From: a virus
Length of the DNA: 64,000 bases
Direction: 5' to 3' (one strand)
Virus record (IMG/VR): IMGVR_UViG_3300027782_000040
Shown here: one piece after another, positions 31,260 to 42,100 of the stretch
Position numbering within the stretch: position 1 is the first letter of the stretch
Layout of the letters: each line of letters begins with the position of its first letter
Notes under the pieces: model-generated
Told to the model about the DNA's origin: nothing
What the model saw: only the letters and a program-made list of their open reading frames with translations
Databases searched by the model: none
Position numbers and translations under genes: made by a program

Positions 31260-34200
31260 ATGAGTATAACCGGAGGTACATTCAGTGTTGATTGTTTAAT
31301 AAGTGATGTCTCATCATCAACAAACGATTGTGGAGTTCAAAAAACTTTAACATGGTCTAATGCTGGTACCAAATCAAATATACAAAGTTATTTCTTCAAT
31401 TATAATCAATTAAATAACAAAATTCCGGTTTATGTTTTCATAAAACCAAAAGTCAAAAAGTTATTTAAATTTACATTCACACCAGGTTCAAATAACGGTT
31501 CAAATATTACTATTAATATTAATCAAAAAATAAACGGTGTTTATACGTTAGTAGATGTTGAAAATTTAAATACGCTATCTACTGAGACTTCAAAATATAT
31601 TACACTTTATTTTGATGAAAATAAAAATGATGACATTTCACTAACTTTAGATATCATTACATCAGGTGGAACGAGCGGACAAATGTATTGTGAAATTGAT
31701 TGTGACCCTGCAATAATAAGTGCTGAATTTTGTACTGGATTTACGAACTCAAATTATTATTGTACAACATGCCCAACAGTTGTAAAATTATATAGAGCTA
31801 AAACACCTAATTTACCACCAATAAATGGTATTTTGAATATTAATTCTGGATTTAGTAATTTCTCACCTTTCACAACAGGACCTTGGTATTTGGATAATGG
31901 ATTAACAATTGAAGCACCTTCAGGTGTAACATATTCTTATGCTTCTGGAGATATTGCAAAAAGATCAATATACACATATAATCCATCTACACATTCTTTT
32001 ATATTACAATCAAGTTGTTTAGGAAGTAATTCAAATTGCGGGGGAGATGTTATTTTAACACATAATTTAAGTGGATATACATATTCTCATCCATACATAC
32101 CAACTAAAAGCGAATTACCAAGTAATGGTTTAAAATACTCAATACAAGATTTAATTATAACTTTAGATAGTTCAAATAAAATTGTACCTATAACAATTTC
32201 AATAACGGGACAATGTAAAGATGCTTGTTTTACTATTTCTGATGGTGTTAATAATAGTCACGCTGGTAATGTAAGTTATACAGATAATTATTCAGCAACT
32301 CCACCATATTTTGTTAAAGTAACTGATTACACATCTTTAAAAGTTCAAATGACAAATATTGGTACACGTGGAATAACCGCGGTAACAAACAGTGGTCAAA
32401 TAAGAATAAGGGTTGCAATTGGACAATCAAAATCATATAATGGTTCTTCTGTTGTAACTAAAATTTCAGTTGGTTGTGGAACTACAATTTTTGGGTATGA
32501 TATGGGAGTACATCCATATTCAGCGTACGATTCATATAATAGTCCAACCGCGGTAACTAAATTATGGTCATATAATAATATTAGTACATGGTCAGGTTCA
32601 ACAGATAATTACTCAACCAAAGGTACATGCGTTTATAATGATGTTTTATTAACAAATTTAGCATTACCATATTATTATGCCGATAACATTAGAACATCTA
32701 ACACAAACAAAGTTTATGAAATAGGTAATATATTACAAAGAAACTTTGGAACACATACAGATTATAAAATAACTAAAAAAGCATTTGGACCTAGAAAAAC
32801 ATCACCAATAGTTTCAGGACCTAAAGATTTTACAAACCTTAAAAATAGAGGTGATGAAGTTTTAATATCGGGAGAAAATTTAATACCTACATCAATTGAA
32901 CCAACAATGAACGGTATTGGTTTAGTACGTAAAATATTATCAACATCAGATTATTATCAACCTTCAGTTTACAAATATTATTTAGGTTATACCTCAGGAT
33001 TTACTGAGTCTAATTCTAATGATACATTCTTCACTACTTGGAATTTTTCAAATTCTACAGCTAAACCATTAACTGGATATCAACATATGTTAATGAAATT
33101 ATCTGCAAGTTACATAGGTGGTACAAACGTACCAGATTTAATTAATTTATTAAAAGATGATAAAAGAGTTGAAGCTGGTTTTATGGGTGCTGCCGTATCA
33201 AGTTTACTTCTTGCTTGTGCAGGTTATCTTCCTGTGGCAGAGGGATTGTCACTTTTTGCATCATTTTTTTTAACTGTACCTGGATTATTGGTACTCGCTT
33301 TTGCTTATTTAGCGGTAAAGTTTATTGTGGATGCATTAAAAACACAAAATATAACAATTAAAGAAAAGTTCACATATTTTTACACTAGATATGCAACAAC
33401 ACCATATCTAACAACTGGAACAACAATTTATAAAACAAGTACTTTAACAACATGGAGTACGGGTATATATAATGACGGTGCATATTTTTACAATATTCCA
33501 TCAAATTCAAATAATGGTAAACCAACTACAAAAACATTATCATATTCTACAAATGATGGTATAAGAACAAATTCATTTGATGTTATTAATACAAGTAAAA
33601 TAAATTATATTACAGATTTTCATAGTTTATTTTTTTTAAGTTATGTTTCAGGTTATCCTGTTAAATTTAATACAAACCCAACATTATATTCAAGTAATTC
33701 ATTATCAATAACTGTATCGGCGGAAACTTCAAATATCGGTGATTTAAACAACCCAATACCTGTTGTGTATTCTTTACCTTCGGGACATTCTGTTTCAACA
33801 ATTTCACAAGAAGATGCGGATAGTAAGGCCGCAGGTTTTCTTTCTTCATTAACAGGTAATACAATTAGTTTATCATCATATGAAGAAAAACCAGGAATTG
33901 TTGACGTACAATTAAATTTCACACACGAAATTAAAAATGAAAACATACCAAATGTTTTTATTTTGAATTATGATAATTCGGATGAAAATGGAATTACAAT
34001 TGGTAAAAAATTATATTATGATTATAATGGTAAGTCCACAGTATTAAATGGTTATTATTCATTGGTAGGTACTTCACCATATAGAACCATATATAAAACA
34101 GTAAATGGTGTTGTTACAGATATACTTACATGGCAAAACAGTAATGAAAATTATGTCACATCGGTAACAACTGGAACAGGTGCAACTATAAATACACTTT

Positions 34201-37200
34201 TAGATTATACAAGTGAATGGTATATAGGTTCTACGAATCATGAATTAATAAATTTGAATTATACTAATAATCAAGATAGTTTAATAACAAATTGGAATAC
34301 AAATACATTTTACTCTGGAACAACAACAGGTGTCACAGTTAATAAAGGTTTTACAAATTCATTGGCAGCACCCACCGAACTTTATTTTTATGACGATAAT
34401 TTAACGGGTTTAACTTATAATGTGGCAGATGATGGAAAATATAAAGCAATTTATCCATTTAATAGTTTAATTTTCACATATCGTAATCCTTTTACGATTT
34501 TAATTAATGCGGAAGAAATTAGTGACCTCGATAATGATGATAACGGTATTAATTTTTATTTAACCGATATTAGTGGTAACACTGTACCATCATATGTTGG
34601 TGTTACTTTTAATGTTAATATTTTTACAGGGTCAACGAGTTTACTTTCATCTGAAAGAATAACAATTGATTCAGATGAAACGAATCAGTTTTTATATTTA
34701 AATATTCCTCAAACAGGAGGCACACTAACGTCATACAACATAACAAGTTATGAATCTGAAAACCCATTTGATAAAATAACTTTTATTCAAAGTGGATTTA
34801 CACAAAGTACAGGTGTAACTACTTGTCCGTATTATACGGGAACAACATATATTGTCGATTCATATGGTTATGTACAATACAATAGATTTAATACGATTAA
34901 TAATGGTTTTATAACTGAAGTTATTTATGTCTCTGAGGCTATATATGAAATTACAGACCCAATTCAATATCAATCATTAGTTCCTGTTGTAGATACTGAA
35001 ACGTATTATCCACCCGCAAATATTAGAATTTTAGAAACAGGAGTTTGTTATGTCGTACCAACTCCAACTCCAACCCCAACAATAAGTTTAACCCCAACAC
35101 AAACAGGAACACCAACTCCTACACCAACAGTAAACTGTTCATTCGGTGTTAGCATTGTAATATTAACTCCAACCCCTACTCCAACAGGAACAGGAACCCC
35201 AACACCTACTCCGACAATAACTTTAACACCAACAGGAACAGGAACACCAACTCCTACACCAACAGTAAACTGTTCATTCGGTGTTAGTGTTGTTGTATTA
35301 AGTCCAACACCTACTCCTACACCAACTGGTACCCCAACTCCTACACCAACAATAAGTTTAACACCTACAATAAGTTTAACACCAACAGGAACTCCAACAG
35401 GTACTCCAACAGGGACACCAACAGGAACGCCAACTCCTACACCAACTCCTACACCAACAATAAACTGTTCGTTCGGAGTGAGTATAGTGGTATTAAGCCC
35501 AACCCCAACCCCTACTCCAACAGGTACTCCAACAGGAACACCAACACCAACACCAACAATTAGTGTTACACCGACAATTAGTGTTACTCCAACTATTAGT
35601 GTTACACCAACTGGAACACCAACTGGTACACCAACTGGTACACCAACTGGTACACCAACTGGAACACCAACTCCAACACCAACAGTAAATTGTTCATTCG
35701 GCGTTAGTGTGGTCGTATTATCACCAACCCCAACCCCTACACCAACAGGAACACCAACCCCTACACCAACAATTAGTTTAACGCCGACAATAAGTTTAAC
35801 CCCAACAATTAGCTTAACGCCAACAATTAGTTTAACTCCAACAATAAGTTTAACACCAACAATAAGTTTAACACCAACAAGAACTCAGACACCTACACCA
35901 ACAGGAACACCAACTGGTACCCCAACACCAACGCCGACAGTCAATTGTTCGTTCGGTGTCAGCATTGTTGTATTAAGTCCAACCCCAACACCAACAGGAA
36001 CACCAACAAAAACTCCAACACCAACTCCAACACCAACTGGTACACCAACAGGAACACCAACTGGTACACCAACAGGAACACCAACCCCTACACCAACAAT
36101 TAGTTTAACGCCGACAATAAGTTTAACCCCAACAATTAGTTTAACTCCAACAATAAGTTTAACACCAACAATAAGTTTAACACCAACAATAAGTTTAACA
36201 CCAACAAGAACTCAGACACCTACACCGACACCAACTACATCGTTACCGGCATTAACGGTATCGGTAAGTTCAAGTACATTACAATCATGCTATAATGTTA
36301 GTGATGCATCATTTACATTAAGTGCGAGTGGTGGTAATGGTGCGTCATATGAATATTCCAAAGATGGTACAACATACCAAGCAAGTGCAACATTTAGTTC
36401 ATTAGCGGGTGGTACATATAATGGTTATGTTAGAAATACAAATAGAACTGGAACTGTTGCATCAGTTTCAGTTGGAAGTTTAGTAAGAACAGCACCAAAT
36501 GCAACAATAACGGTTACAAATGTAAGTTGTAATGGTGGAGCTGACGGACAAATTGCAGTAACATCTGGTACGGGTGGAACAGGTAGTGGATATAGTGGAT
36601 CAACAGATGACGTTACATATTTTGCATTACCAAAAATATTCTACACATTAACTCAAGGTTCTTATGATGTATATATTAAAGATAGTAATGGTTGTAAACA
36701 ATCTTACGCACAAACAATCACACAACCAACAGCACAAGTATGTAATATTTCAGTATATAGTTATGATACCGGAACAGGAGATGGTCAAATCGCTGTGGTA
36801 GTTTCAGGAGGAACAGGACTTAAAACTCTTAAATTGTATCAAGATACATCTACACCATATAGCGACTACTCAACTGATACATTAATACAAAGTGGCACTT
36901 CTGTCGCTAATAATACAACATATTATTTTACAAATGTACCTTGTGCAGCAACTAGTCTTTGGGTTCAATGTACGGACGCAAATAATTGTGTAATACATTC
37001 TAATACGTCGGTTAAAACTTGTGGATATTTCCAAACGTTTCCAGGAACATTTAAACTTGGTAATAACTTAACGTGTACACCACAATCGCCATTTAGTAGA
37101 ATTTACTTAGGTTCAATTGACTATAGTAATTTTGTTGCAAATGGTGGTATGTTAAGTACTGGAATGGTATTATATACCGATGGTAGTGGTACCATTTATA

Positions 37201-37286
37201 CATTTAACACAATTTATGATTCTACCTCTACAAATATATACAATGTATCGTCAGGTGTTGTTGGAGGAGTTAAATCACTTTGTTAA
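31260..37286 (+). CDS. Giant adhesin-like structural protein with a hydrophobic hairpin, a DUF5977-like motif, a mucin-like PT tract and SprB-like repeats
   Basis: 2008 aa; [12 protein letters not shown]; PT repeats; [15 protein letters not shown]...DSNGC...ITQP. Confidence 0.7.
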   Translation: MSITGGTFSVDCLISDVSSSTNDCGVQKTLTWSNAGTKSNIQSYFFNYNQLNNKIPVYVFIKPKVKKLFKFTFTPGSNNGSNITININQKINGVYTLVDVENLNTLSTETSKYITLYFDENKNDDISLTLDIITSGGTSGQMYCEIDCDPAIISAEFCTGFTNSNYYCTTCPTVVKLYRAKTPNLPPINGILNINSGFSNFSPFTTGPWYLDNGLTIEAPSGVTYSYASGDIAKRSIYTYNPSTHSFILQSSCLGSNSNCGGDVILTHNLSGYTYSHPYIPTKSELPSNGLKYSIQDLIITLDSSNKIVPITISITGQCKDACFTISDGVNNSHAGNVSYTDNYSATPPYFVKVTDYTSLKVQMTNIGTRGITAVTNSGQIRIRVAIGQSKSYNGSSVVTKISVGCGTTIFGYDMGVHPYSAYDSYNSPTAVTKLWSYNNISTWSGSTDNYSTKGTCVYNDVLLTNLALPYYYADNIRTSNTNKVYEIGNILQRNFGTHTDYKITKKAFGPRKTSPIVSGPKDFTNLKNRGDEVLISGENLIPTSIEPTMNGIGLVRKILSTSDYYQPSVYKYYLGYTSGFTESNSNDTFFTTWNFSNSTAKPLTGYQHMLMKLSASYIGGTNVPDLINLLKDDKRVEAGFMGAAVSSLLLACAGYLPVAEGLSLFASFFLTVPGLLVLAFAYLAVKFIVDALKTQNITIKEKFTYFYTRYATTPYLTTGTTIYKTSTLTTWSTGIYNDGAYFYNIPSNSNNGKPTTKTLSYSTNDGIRTNSFDVINTSKINYITDFHSLFFLSYVSGYPVKFNTNPTLYSSNSLSITVSAETSNIGDLNNPIPVVYSLPSGHSVSTISQEDADSKAAGFLSSLTGNTISLSSYEEKPGIVDVQLNFTHEIKNENIPNVFILNYDNSDENGITIGKKLYYDYNGKSTVLNGYYSLVGTSPYRTIYKTVNGVVTDILTWQNSNENYVTSVTTGTGATINTLLDYTSEWYIGSTNHELINLNYTNNQDSLITNWNTNTFYSGTTTGVTVNKGFTNSLAAPTELYFYDDNLTGLTYNVADDGKYKAIYPFNSLIFTYRNPFTILINAEEISDLDNDDNGINFYLTDISGNTVPSYVGVTFNVNIFTGSTSLLSSERITIDSDETNQFLYLNIPQTGGTLTSYNITSYESENPFDKITFIQSGFTQSTGVTTCPYYTGTTYIVDSYGYVQYNRFNTINNGFITEVIYVSEAIYEITDPIQYQSLVPVVDTETYYPPANIRILETGVCYVVPTPTPTPTISLTPTQTGTPTPTPTVNCSFGVSIVILTPTPTPTGTGTPTPTPTITLTPTGTGTPTPTPTVNCSFGVSVVVLSPTPTPTPTGTPTPTPTISLTPTISLTPTGTPTGTPTGTPTGTPTPTPTPTPTINCSFGVSIVVLSPTPTPTPTGTPTGTPTPTPTISVTPTISVTPTISVTPTGTPTGTPTGTPTGTPTGTPTPTPTVNCSFGVSVVVLSPTPTPTPTGTPTPTPTISLTPTISLTPTISLTPTISLTPTISLTPTISLTPTRTQTPTPTGTPTGTPTPTPTVNCSFGVSIVVLSPTPTPTGTPTKTPTPTPTPTGTPTGTPTGTPTGTPTPTPTISLTPTISLTPTISLTPTISLTPTISLTPTISLTPTRTQTPTPTPTTSLPALTVSVSSSTLQSCYNVSDASFTLSASGGNGASYEYSKDGTTYQASATFSSLAGGTYNGYVRNTNRTGTVASVSVGSLVRTAPNATITVTNVSCNGGADGQIAVTSGTGGTGSGYSGSTDDVTYFALPKIFYTLTQGSYDVYIKDSNGCKQSYAQTITQPTAQVCNISVYSYDTGTGDGQIAVVVSGGTGLKTLKLYQDTSTPYSDYSTDTLIQSGTSVANNTTYYFTNVPCAATSLWVQCTDANNCVIHSNTSVKTCGYFQTFPGTFKLGNNLTCTPQSPFSRIYLGSIDYSNFVANGGMLSTGMVLYTDGSGTIYTFNTIYDSTSTNIYNVSSGVVGGVKSLC
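35057..36240 (+). repeat. Pro-Thr mucin-like coding repeat punctuated by five (V/I)NCSFGVS(I/V)V(V/I)L units
   Basis: Units TP, TGTP and TISLTP; Cys units start at 35130, 35265, 35460, 35685 and 35940. Confidence 0.95.
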
Positions 37287-37337
37287 AAAATAAAAAAAAT
37301 GACGATATTTATAATAAAAGAAATTAAAATTTAAAAA

Positions 37338-38045
37338 ATGCCAGCAGGACCAATAATCGGAACATCTCAAGTTAGTTTACAATTAACAGGGGGATCATCA
37401 GTACCAAATAACTTTACTGTCGATATATATTCATGGGACGTTGCAACCGACGTCGCAGTTTATAATAGAACTATCATTACGGGTTTAACAAGAACAGCAA
37501 CATCGGCGGTAAATGGAGGTTCATTAGCCGTATCACCATATTATGGGATTACAGGCATAACAGGTTTAGATAACTATGTTAAATTAACCAGTACAACTTC
37601 ATGTAGTACAACTACAACACAAGATATCACAAGTGCAGCATTAACGGTATACACCCCCAATTCAGGAACATTAACTGAAGATTATCCATCAGGGGCGGAA
37701 GATAGCTTTGCCACCACTGGTATGGGTGCCGGCACTTTATCTCCCGGCTCACATCAAGTTGCACAACTCACAACATTATCTTATTTAGACGCGGCCGATT
37801 TTACTTTGAGTTATTTAAGTGGAACCACCGTTTCCACTGGTTTAGTAGTTGGAGGTGCATATACATATGGACCATTTAGTAGTTTTTCTGTAACAAAATC
37901 GGGTAAAGTATTTTCATTATTTGGGTCGGCAAATACAAGTTTAAGTGCACTAAATAGTAGTATACATGGTGTTATGAGGTTAACATACAATCCTTCAGGA
38001 TATTATGTTAATTTTAATTATTATTATGTACCAACTTCACTTTAA
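37338..38045 (+). CDS. Hypothetical S/T/G-rich structural protein
   Basis: 235 aa with its own TATTTATA motif. Confidence 0.6.
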   Translation: MPAGPIIGTSQVSLQLTGGSSVPNNFTVDIYSWDVATDVAVYNRTIITGLTRTATSAVNGGSLAVSPYYGITGITGLDNYVKLTSTTSCSTTTTQDITSAALTVYTPNSGTLTEDYPSGAEDSFATTGMGAGTLSPGSHQVAQLTTLSYLDAADFTLSYLSGTTVSTGLVVGGAYTYGPFSSFSVTKSGKVFSLFGSANTSLSALNSSIHGVMRLTYNPSGYYVNFNYYYVPTSL

Positions 38046-38125
38046 TCTATCCCTTTATTTACATTAAATTAATCTTTATATTACCTAAAACCTAATAAAG
38101 ATATTTATAGGTGTAAATAATTTAT

Positions 38126-38683
38126 ATGTCAGATTTATTTGGAAGTATGTCTTTTTATGTTCCGTCTTACCCAATGTCGGGTGAAACACAATCTGTAGTA
38201 ATACAAAATTATTTAAACGATTATGAATATACCCCAACAACGGGATATACCACAACAGGTTTTACTTATTTAGGTATTGGAGGTAGTAAGTTATCCGAAT
38301 TAAAAAAATACGGAGCAACAGGATATACACAAACATTAACAAGTGGATCAATAACAGGAGGAACAACTTGGACGGGTTATACATTTAATTATACACATAA
38401 TACCACTGGTTCCACAAGTTTACAATATAGAGATTATTCTGACGGGTACACCATGATTACAGGTAGCACTACAGGGTTTACCAAGGAGGAAGTGATTAAC
38501 TATACCCTGACAAGAAACGAGCATTTTTTGGGGTTTGTAGAACAACCAACCGTTTATTCTGACATTTTTGTGGAACGAGGTAAATTGGGAGTTATGGAAA
38601 GGAACTTCAGGTTAAGTGAAATTGATAGTATGGGTGAATTGAGTATATATGGAAATGGGTATTTTAAAGTTAGAAAACAATAA
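38126..38683 (+). CDS. Structural protein (possibly the separated C-terminal half of 26405..27280)
   Basis: 185 aa; conserved-looking C-terminus SDIFVERGK...RLSEIDSMGEL..YGNGYF. Confidence 0.6.
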   Translation: MSDLFGSMSFYVPSYPMSGETQSVVIQNYLNDYEYTPTTGYTTTGFTYLGIGGSKLSELKKYGATGYTQTLTSGSITGGTTWTGYTFNYTHNTTGSTSLQYRDYSDGYTMITGSTTGFTKEEVINYTLTRNEHFLGFVEQPTVYSDIFVERGKLGVMERNFRLSEIDSMGELSIYGNGYFKVRKQ

Positions 38684-38708
38684 GATTTATATTTATTAAT
38701 AAAAGAAA

Positions 38709-39617
38709 ATGGCAGTAGGATCATATGGTATTGTAAGACCCGCAGACGTATCACCAGCAGACGTAGAGATATTATATCATTACGTTTCGGGTAGAACTGC
38801 GAACGTTACACCAACATTAACAAAATTAGATTCCACAGCAATATTAACACCGGTATTTCATAATGAAAATACAGGTGGTGTTGCAAATAAAGAAATTTTA
38901 GGTGGTTTATATAATCTGAAATTACAAGCGGGTCAATTCTCTGATTTGGGAATTTACACATTACATTTACGTCCTAAACAAGTTAGAACAAATATTATGG
39001 ATTGTGGAGTTTTAGCGTCACTTCCATCAGTTAGAGGTTTAGTCATTGACATTGGTAATGTACCGGTTGACGACCAAGGAAAATTCACACCACAAGGATT
39101 AGTTGGATATAGAATTGAATATATTAATAAGACCAATTACCAAAAAGTTCCAAACTTTTATAGATTGGTAACTTCATCTTTTTATTGTGTACCAACTACT
39201 GCAAATTTATCAAACTCAACAGATAAGGCGATTAGGTATCAATATACCGATTCCCAATCTAACTTTATATTTTTAACAGTAACACCAAGTTCATCACCAT
39301 CAAGTAGACCAAATGTGGTTCCATTTATCGGTGAACCAGGTCAAACTATTATTTTAACAAATACATTCTTCAACCCAACAACGGTTGAAATTGAAATGGT
39401 TGAACATGACGCATCAACATTGGCACACGCACTTTACGGTGACCAAACTAAGGCAATTGCTCCAGGTATTTACACTATCTACGATAAGGATAAGAATATC
39501 TATAAACAATACAATCTTTATGAAATTAAAGACCAATTTAACGAGACATTATATGAAGTTCGTGAAGAAAGAACAAGTATTGATGAAACATTAAATTTAG
39601 ATAACATAACAGGATAA
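38709..39617 (+). CDS. Conserved-looking structural protein (baseplate region)
   Basis: 302 aa; GLYNLKL...GIYT pattern; late motif upstream. Confidence 0.6.
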   Translation: MAVGSYGIVRPADVSPADVEILYHYVSGRTANVTPTLTKLDSTAILTPVFHNENTGGVANKEILGGLYNLKLQAGQFSDLGIYTLHLRPKQVRTNIMDCGVLASLPSVRGLVIDIGNVPVDDQGKFTPQGLVGYRIEYINKTNYQKVPNFYRLVTSSFYCVPTTANLSNSTDKAIRYQYTDSQSNFIFLTVTPSSSPSSRPNVVPFIGEPGQTIILTNTFFNPTTVEIEMVEHDASTLAHALYGDQTKAIAPGIYTIYDKDKNIYKQYNLYEIKDQFNETLYEVREERTSIDETLNLDNITG

Positions 39618-42079
39618 TGGCTAAAGTAAGATATAAAGTTCCAAGTGAAGCTGCTAGTGGTGTAGAAACATTTAGTGATAAATTAGTCGGCACACAGATT
39701 ACTGATGGTACTAGTCAACTGACTAATACGAACTTTGATATTAATAGAGTCATTCCTGAAAAAGATAGTAAGGATTTTAAATCACAACCTTTTTCTGATT
39801 TCTTAACATTGAAAGATTTAAAGGAAGAATTAAGTGCCGCAACCACACAAAATGGTAGAGCAAAGAAAAAAGAAAAAATTAAATTTAAAGGTGGAATTAA
39901 TGATGCTGGTAAATCTTTATATGGTTCATTAAAACAAAGATTACAAGTATCAATATCAGATATTATTACAAACTTTCCTGCCGCAATATTAGTTGATAAA
40001 GATAGTCCCATTAAAAGTGTTGACGTCACATTATCAGGAATAACATATAGTGAAAGCGCAAAGACAACTGATTTTTATATTCAGAAATCAATTTTATTTA
40101 ATCCGTTTGATATTACACTTATTAAACCATTAAGTAATACTTTACCGACAACTGATAACACAATAAGAAATTTTTATTCTTCATATACAAAATATGTTTT
40201 AGTTTATAATAATCTAACATATGATATTGTTTCATATACCGAACCTAACGCATTAAATTTAATTAAATTAAAAGTTAAAGGAAAACCATTCACAGGTTCA
40301 ACAATAAACGATAGTGTTTTAATAAGACCAAATGATGGAATTACCGAAGAATTTTTTAGTGGGTTAGATGAATTAGAAACTCTTTTATTAAATAGAGAAA
40401 CTAATCCAAAATATCAAGCAAGTTTTAAAGTACCGAAAGATAGTTTAGATGAAACTAAAACTGAAATCGTTAATGTATATGTTAATTGGCCAACAACAAA
40501 AGATGGTTGGAATTTACAAATTGTTGGTATTGATTATGCAGATTACATTAGTCAATTAAGTAGTTTAGGTGATGAGATTGATGATTACAAATCTAATTTA
40601 ATTATAAGATTTTTAACCGCACCACAATTATTTGAGTTTGATACGGATGACCAAAAAGCACAATCAATATTTCAATTATACGGTCAGTCATTTGATAGAG
40701 TAAAAAAATATATAGACAATATTGCTTACATGCGTAATGTAAGTTATGATGGAATAAATAATGTTCCCGATGTGTTATTGAAAAATCTTTCACAAACACT
40801 AGGACTTACAACTACAAATCTATTTGATGAAAAAACATTAGAGGATACATTATACACTAGACAAAATAGTGTATTTGATGGTTTATTAGTTGGTAAGACA
40901 TTAATAGAGGCGGAGTATGAATTTTATAGAAGATTATTAGTTAACCTTACTCATCTATATAAATCTAAAGGAACTAGAGTATCTATAGAATTTTTCTTAA
41001 AATTCTTAGGTGCACCTGAACCAATGATTAAAATTGAGGAACACGTATACAATGTAACAAAATTACCAAACAATCCTAATTTAGAAACCGATTTATATGA
41101 TGTAATTCAAGGAACAAAAGTTGATACTGTTATTACAGGAACAACTGCAGTTACGGGAAGTATTTTTACATATTATAGTGGAGGAACAACAGGATTAACA
41201 AGTGGATATACGTTTGCAACTGGTTCAGTTACAAGTTCATCAACATTAAGTAGAGATGAATATCCAATTGATGAAAATGGATTACCAAGAAAAACAACAA
41301 ATTTATCTTCAGACATATTTTTCCAAAAAGGTTCAGGATGGAATGATTTAACTTTAGAACATAGGTCTAGTACAATTATTGATACGGATTTATCTAGTGG
41401 ATCATTTGTCAATGGAGTTTTTCAATTAACAGGTAGAACTAAAACCATTAAAACAAAATCAAAAGATTATACATACGGAGAAGAATATTTTGATAATTTT
41501 AGAACACTACCAGGATTAGACTATGGGTTTAACATTAAAGGTTCAATAGATAATAAAAAGGCATCTGTTGTTACTGACGATGACTCATCTAAATTAATTC
41601 TTAATAGAAAAAATATTAACATATATCTATCACCGTCACAAACTATTGATTATGACGTCTATAGAAGATCAAGAAATAATAGTAAAACATTTGGTAATTT
41701 AACACCTCAAACAGGAGTAACATTTGAAGAGTTTTTAATATCCTCTTTAAGTAAAGTAATAACAAATTCAAATAGTATTAAATTTAGTAAATCATACAGT
41801 GGATTAACAAATGTTTTTTATGATTATTCCACTAACACCGGATTCACCCCATATAACTTCACATCGGTTAATGAGTTTATAAACAAAATGAGTCCGTCAT
41901 GGTTAAAAGTTGTAGAACAATTTGTTCCATCAACTACATTATGGACAGGTGGAAACTTAATTGGAAATAACATTTTTAATAGGTCAAAATACGATTATAG
42001 AAAACCAAGATATGGTATACCTATTACAGGTAGCACAACTTATGATAGTGTAACATTTAATTGTGAAGAAATAGAATAA
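39617..42079 (+). CDS. Baseplate wedge protein (gp7 / P2 gpI-like)
   Basis: VPDVLLKNLSQTLG and LYKSKGTRVSIEFFLKFLG. Confidence 0.7.
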   Translation: MAKVRYKVPSEAASGVETFSDKLVGTQITDGTSQLTNTNFDINRVIPEKDSKDFKSQPFSDFLTLKDLKEELSAATTQNGRAKKKEKIKFKGGINDAGKSLYGSLKQRLQVSISDIITNFPAAILVDKDSPIKSVDVTLSGITYSESAKTTDFYIQKSILFNPFDITLIKPLSNTLPTTDNTIRNFYSSYTKYVLVYNNLTYDIVSYTEPNALNLIKLKVKGKPFTGSTINDSVLIRPNDGITEEFFSGLDELETLLLNRETNPKYQASFKVPKDSLDETKTEIVNVYVNWPTTKDGWNLQIVGIDYADYISQLSSLGDEIDDYKSNLIIRFLTAPQLFEFDTDDQKAQSIFQLYGQSFDRVKKYIDNIAYMRNVSYDGINNVPDVLLKNLSQTLGLTTTNLFDEKTLEDTLYTRQNSVFDGLLVGKTLIEAEYEFYRRLLVNLTHLYKSKGTRVSIEFFLKFLGAPEPMIKIEEHVYNVTKLPNNPNLETDLYDVIQGTKVDTVITGTTAVTGSIFTYYSGGTTGLTSGYTFATGSVTSSSTLSRDEYPIDENGLPRKTTNLSSDIFFQKGSGWNDLTLEHRSSTIIDTDLSSGSFVNGVFQLTGRTKTIKTKSKDYTYGEEYFDNFRTLPGLDYGFNIKGSIDNKKASVVTDDDSSKLILNRKNINIYLSPSQTIDYDVYRRSRNNSKTFGNLTPQTGVTFEEFLISSLSKVITNSNSIKFSKSYSGLTNVFYDYSTNTGFTPYNFTSVNEFINKMSPSWLKVVEQFVPSTTLWTGGNLIGNNIFNRSKYDYRKPRYGIPITGSTTYDSVTFNCEEIE

Positions 42080-42100
42080 TAATATAAATATTTATAACAT

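Noticed and set aside
35057-36240. CRISPR array or DGR repeats
   Set aside because: The repeats are in-frame coding with synonymous variation; there are no unique spacers and no cas or reverse transcriptase gene in the window.
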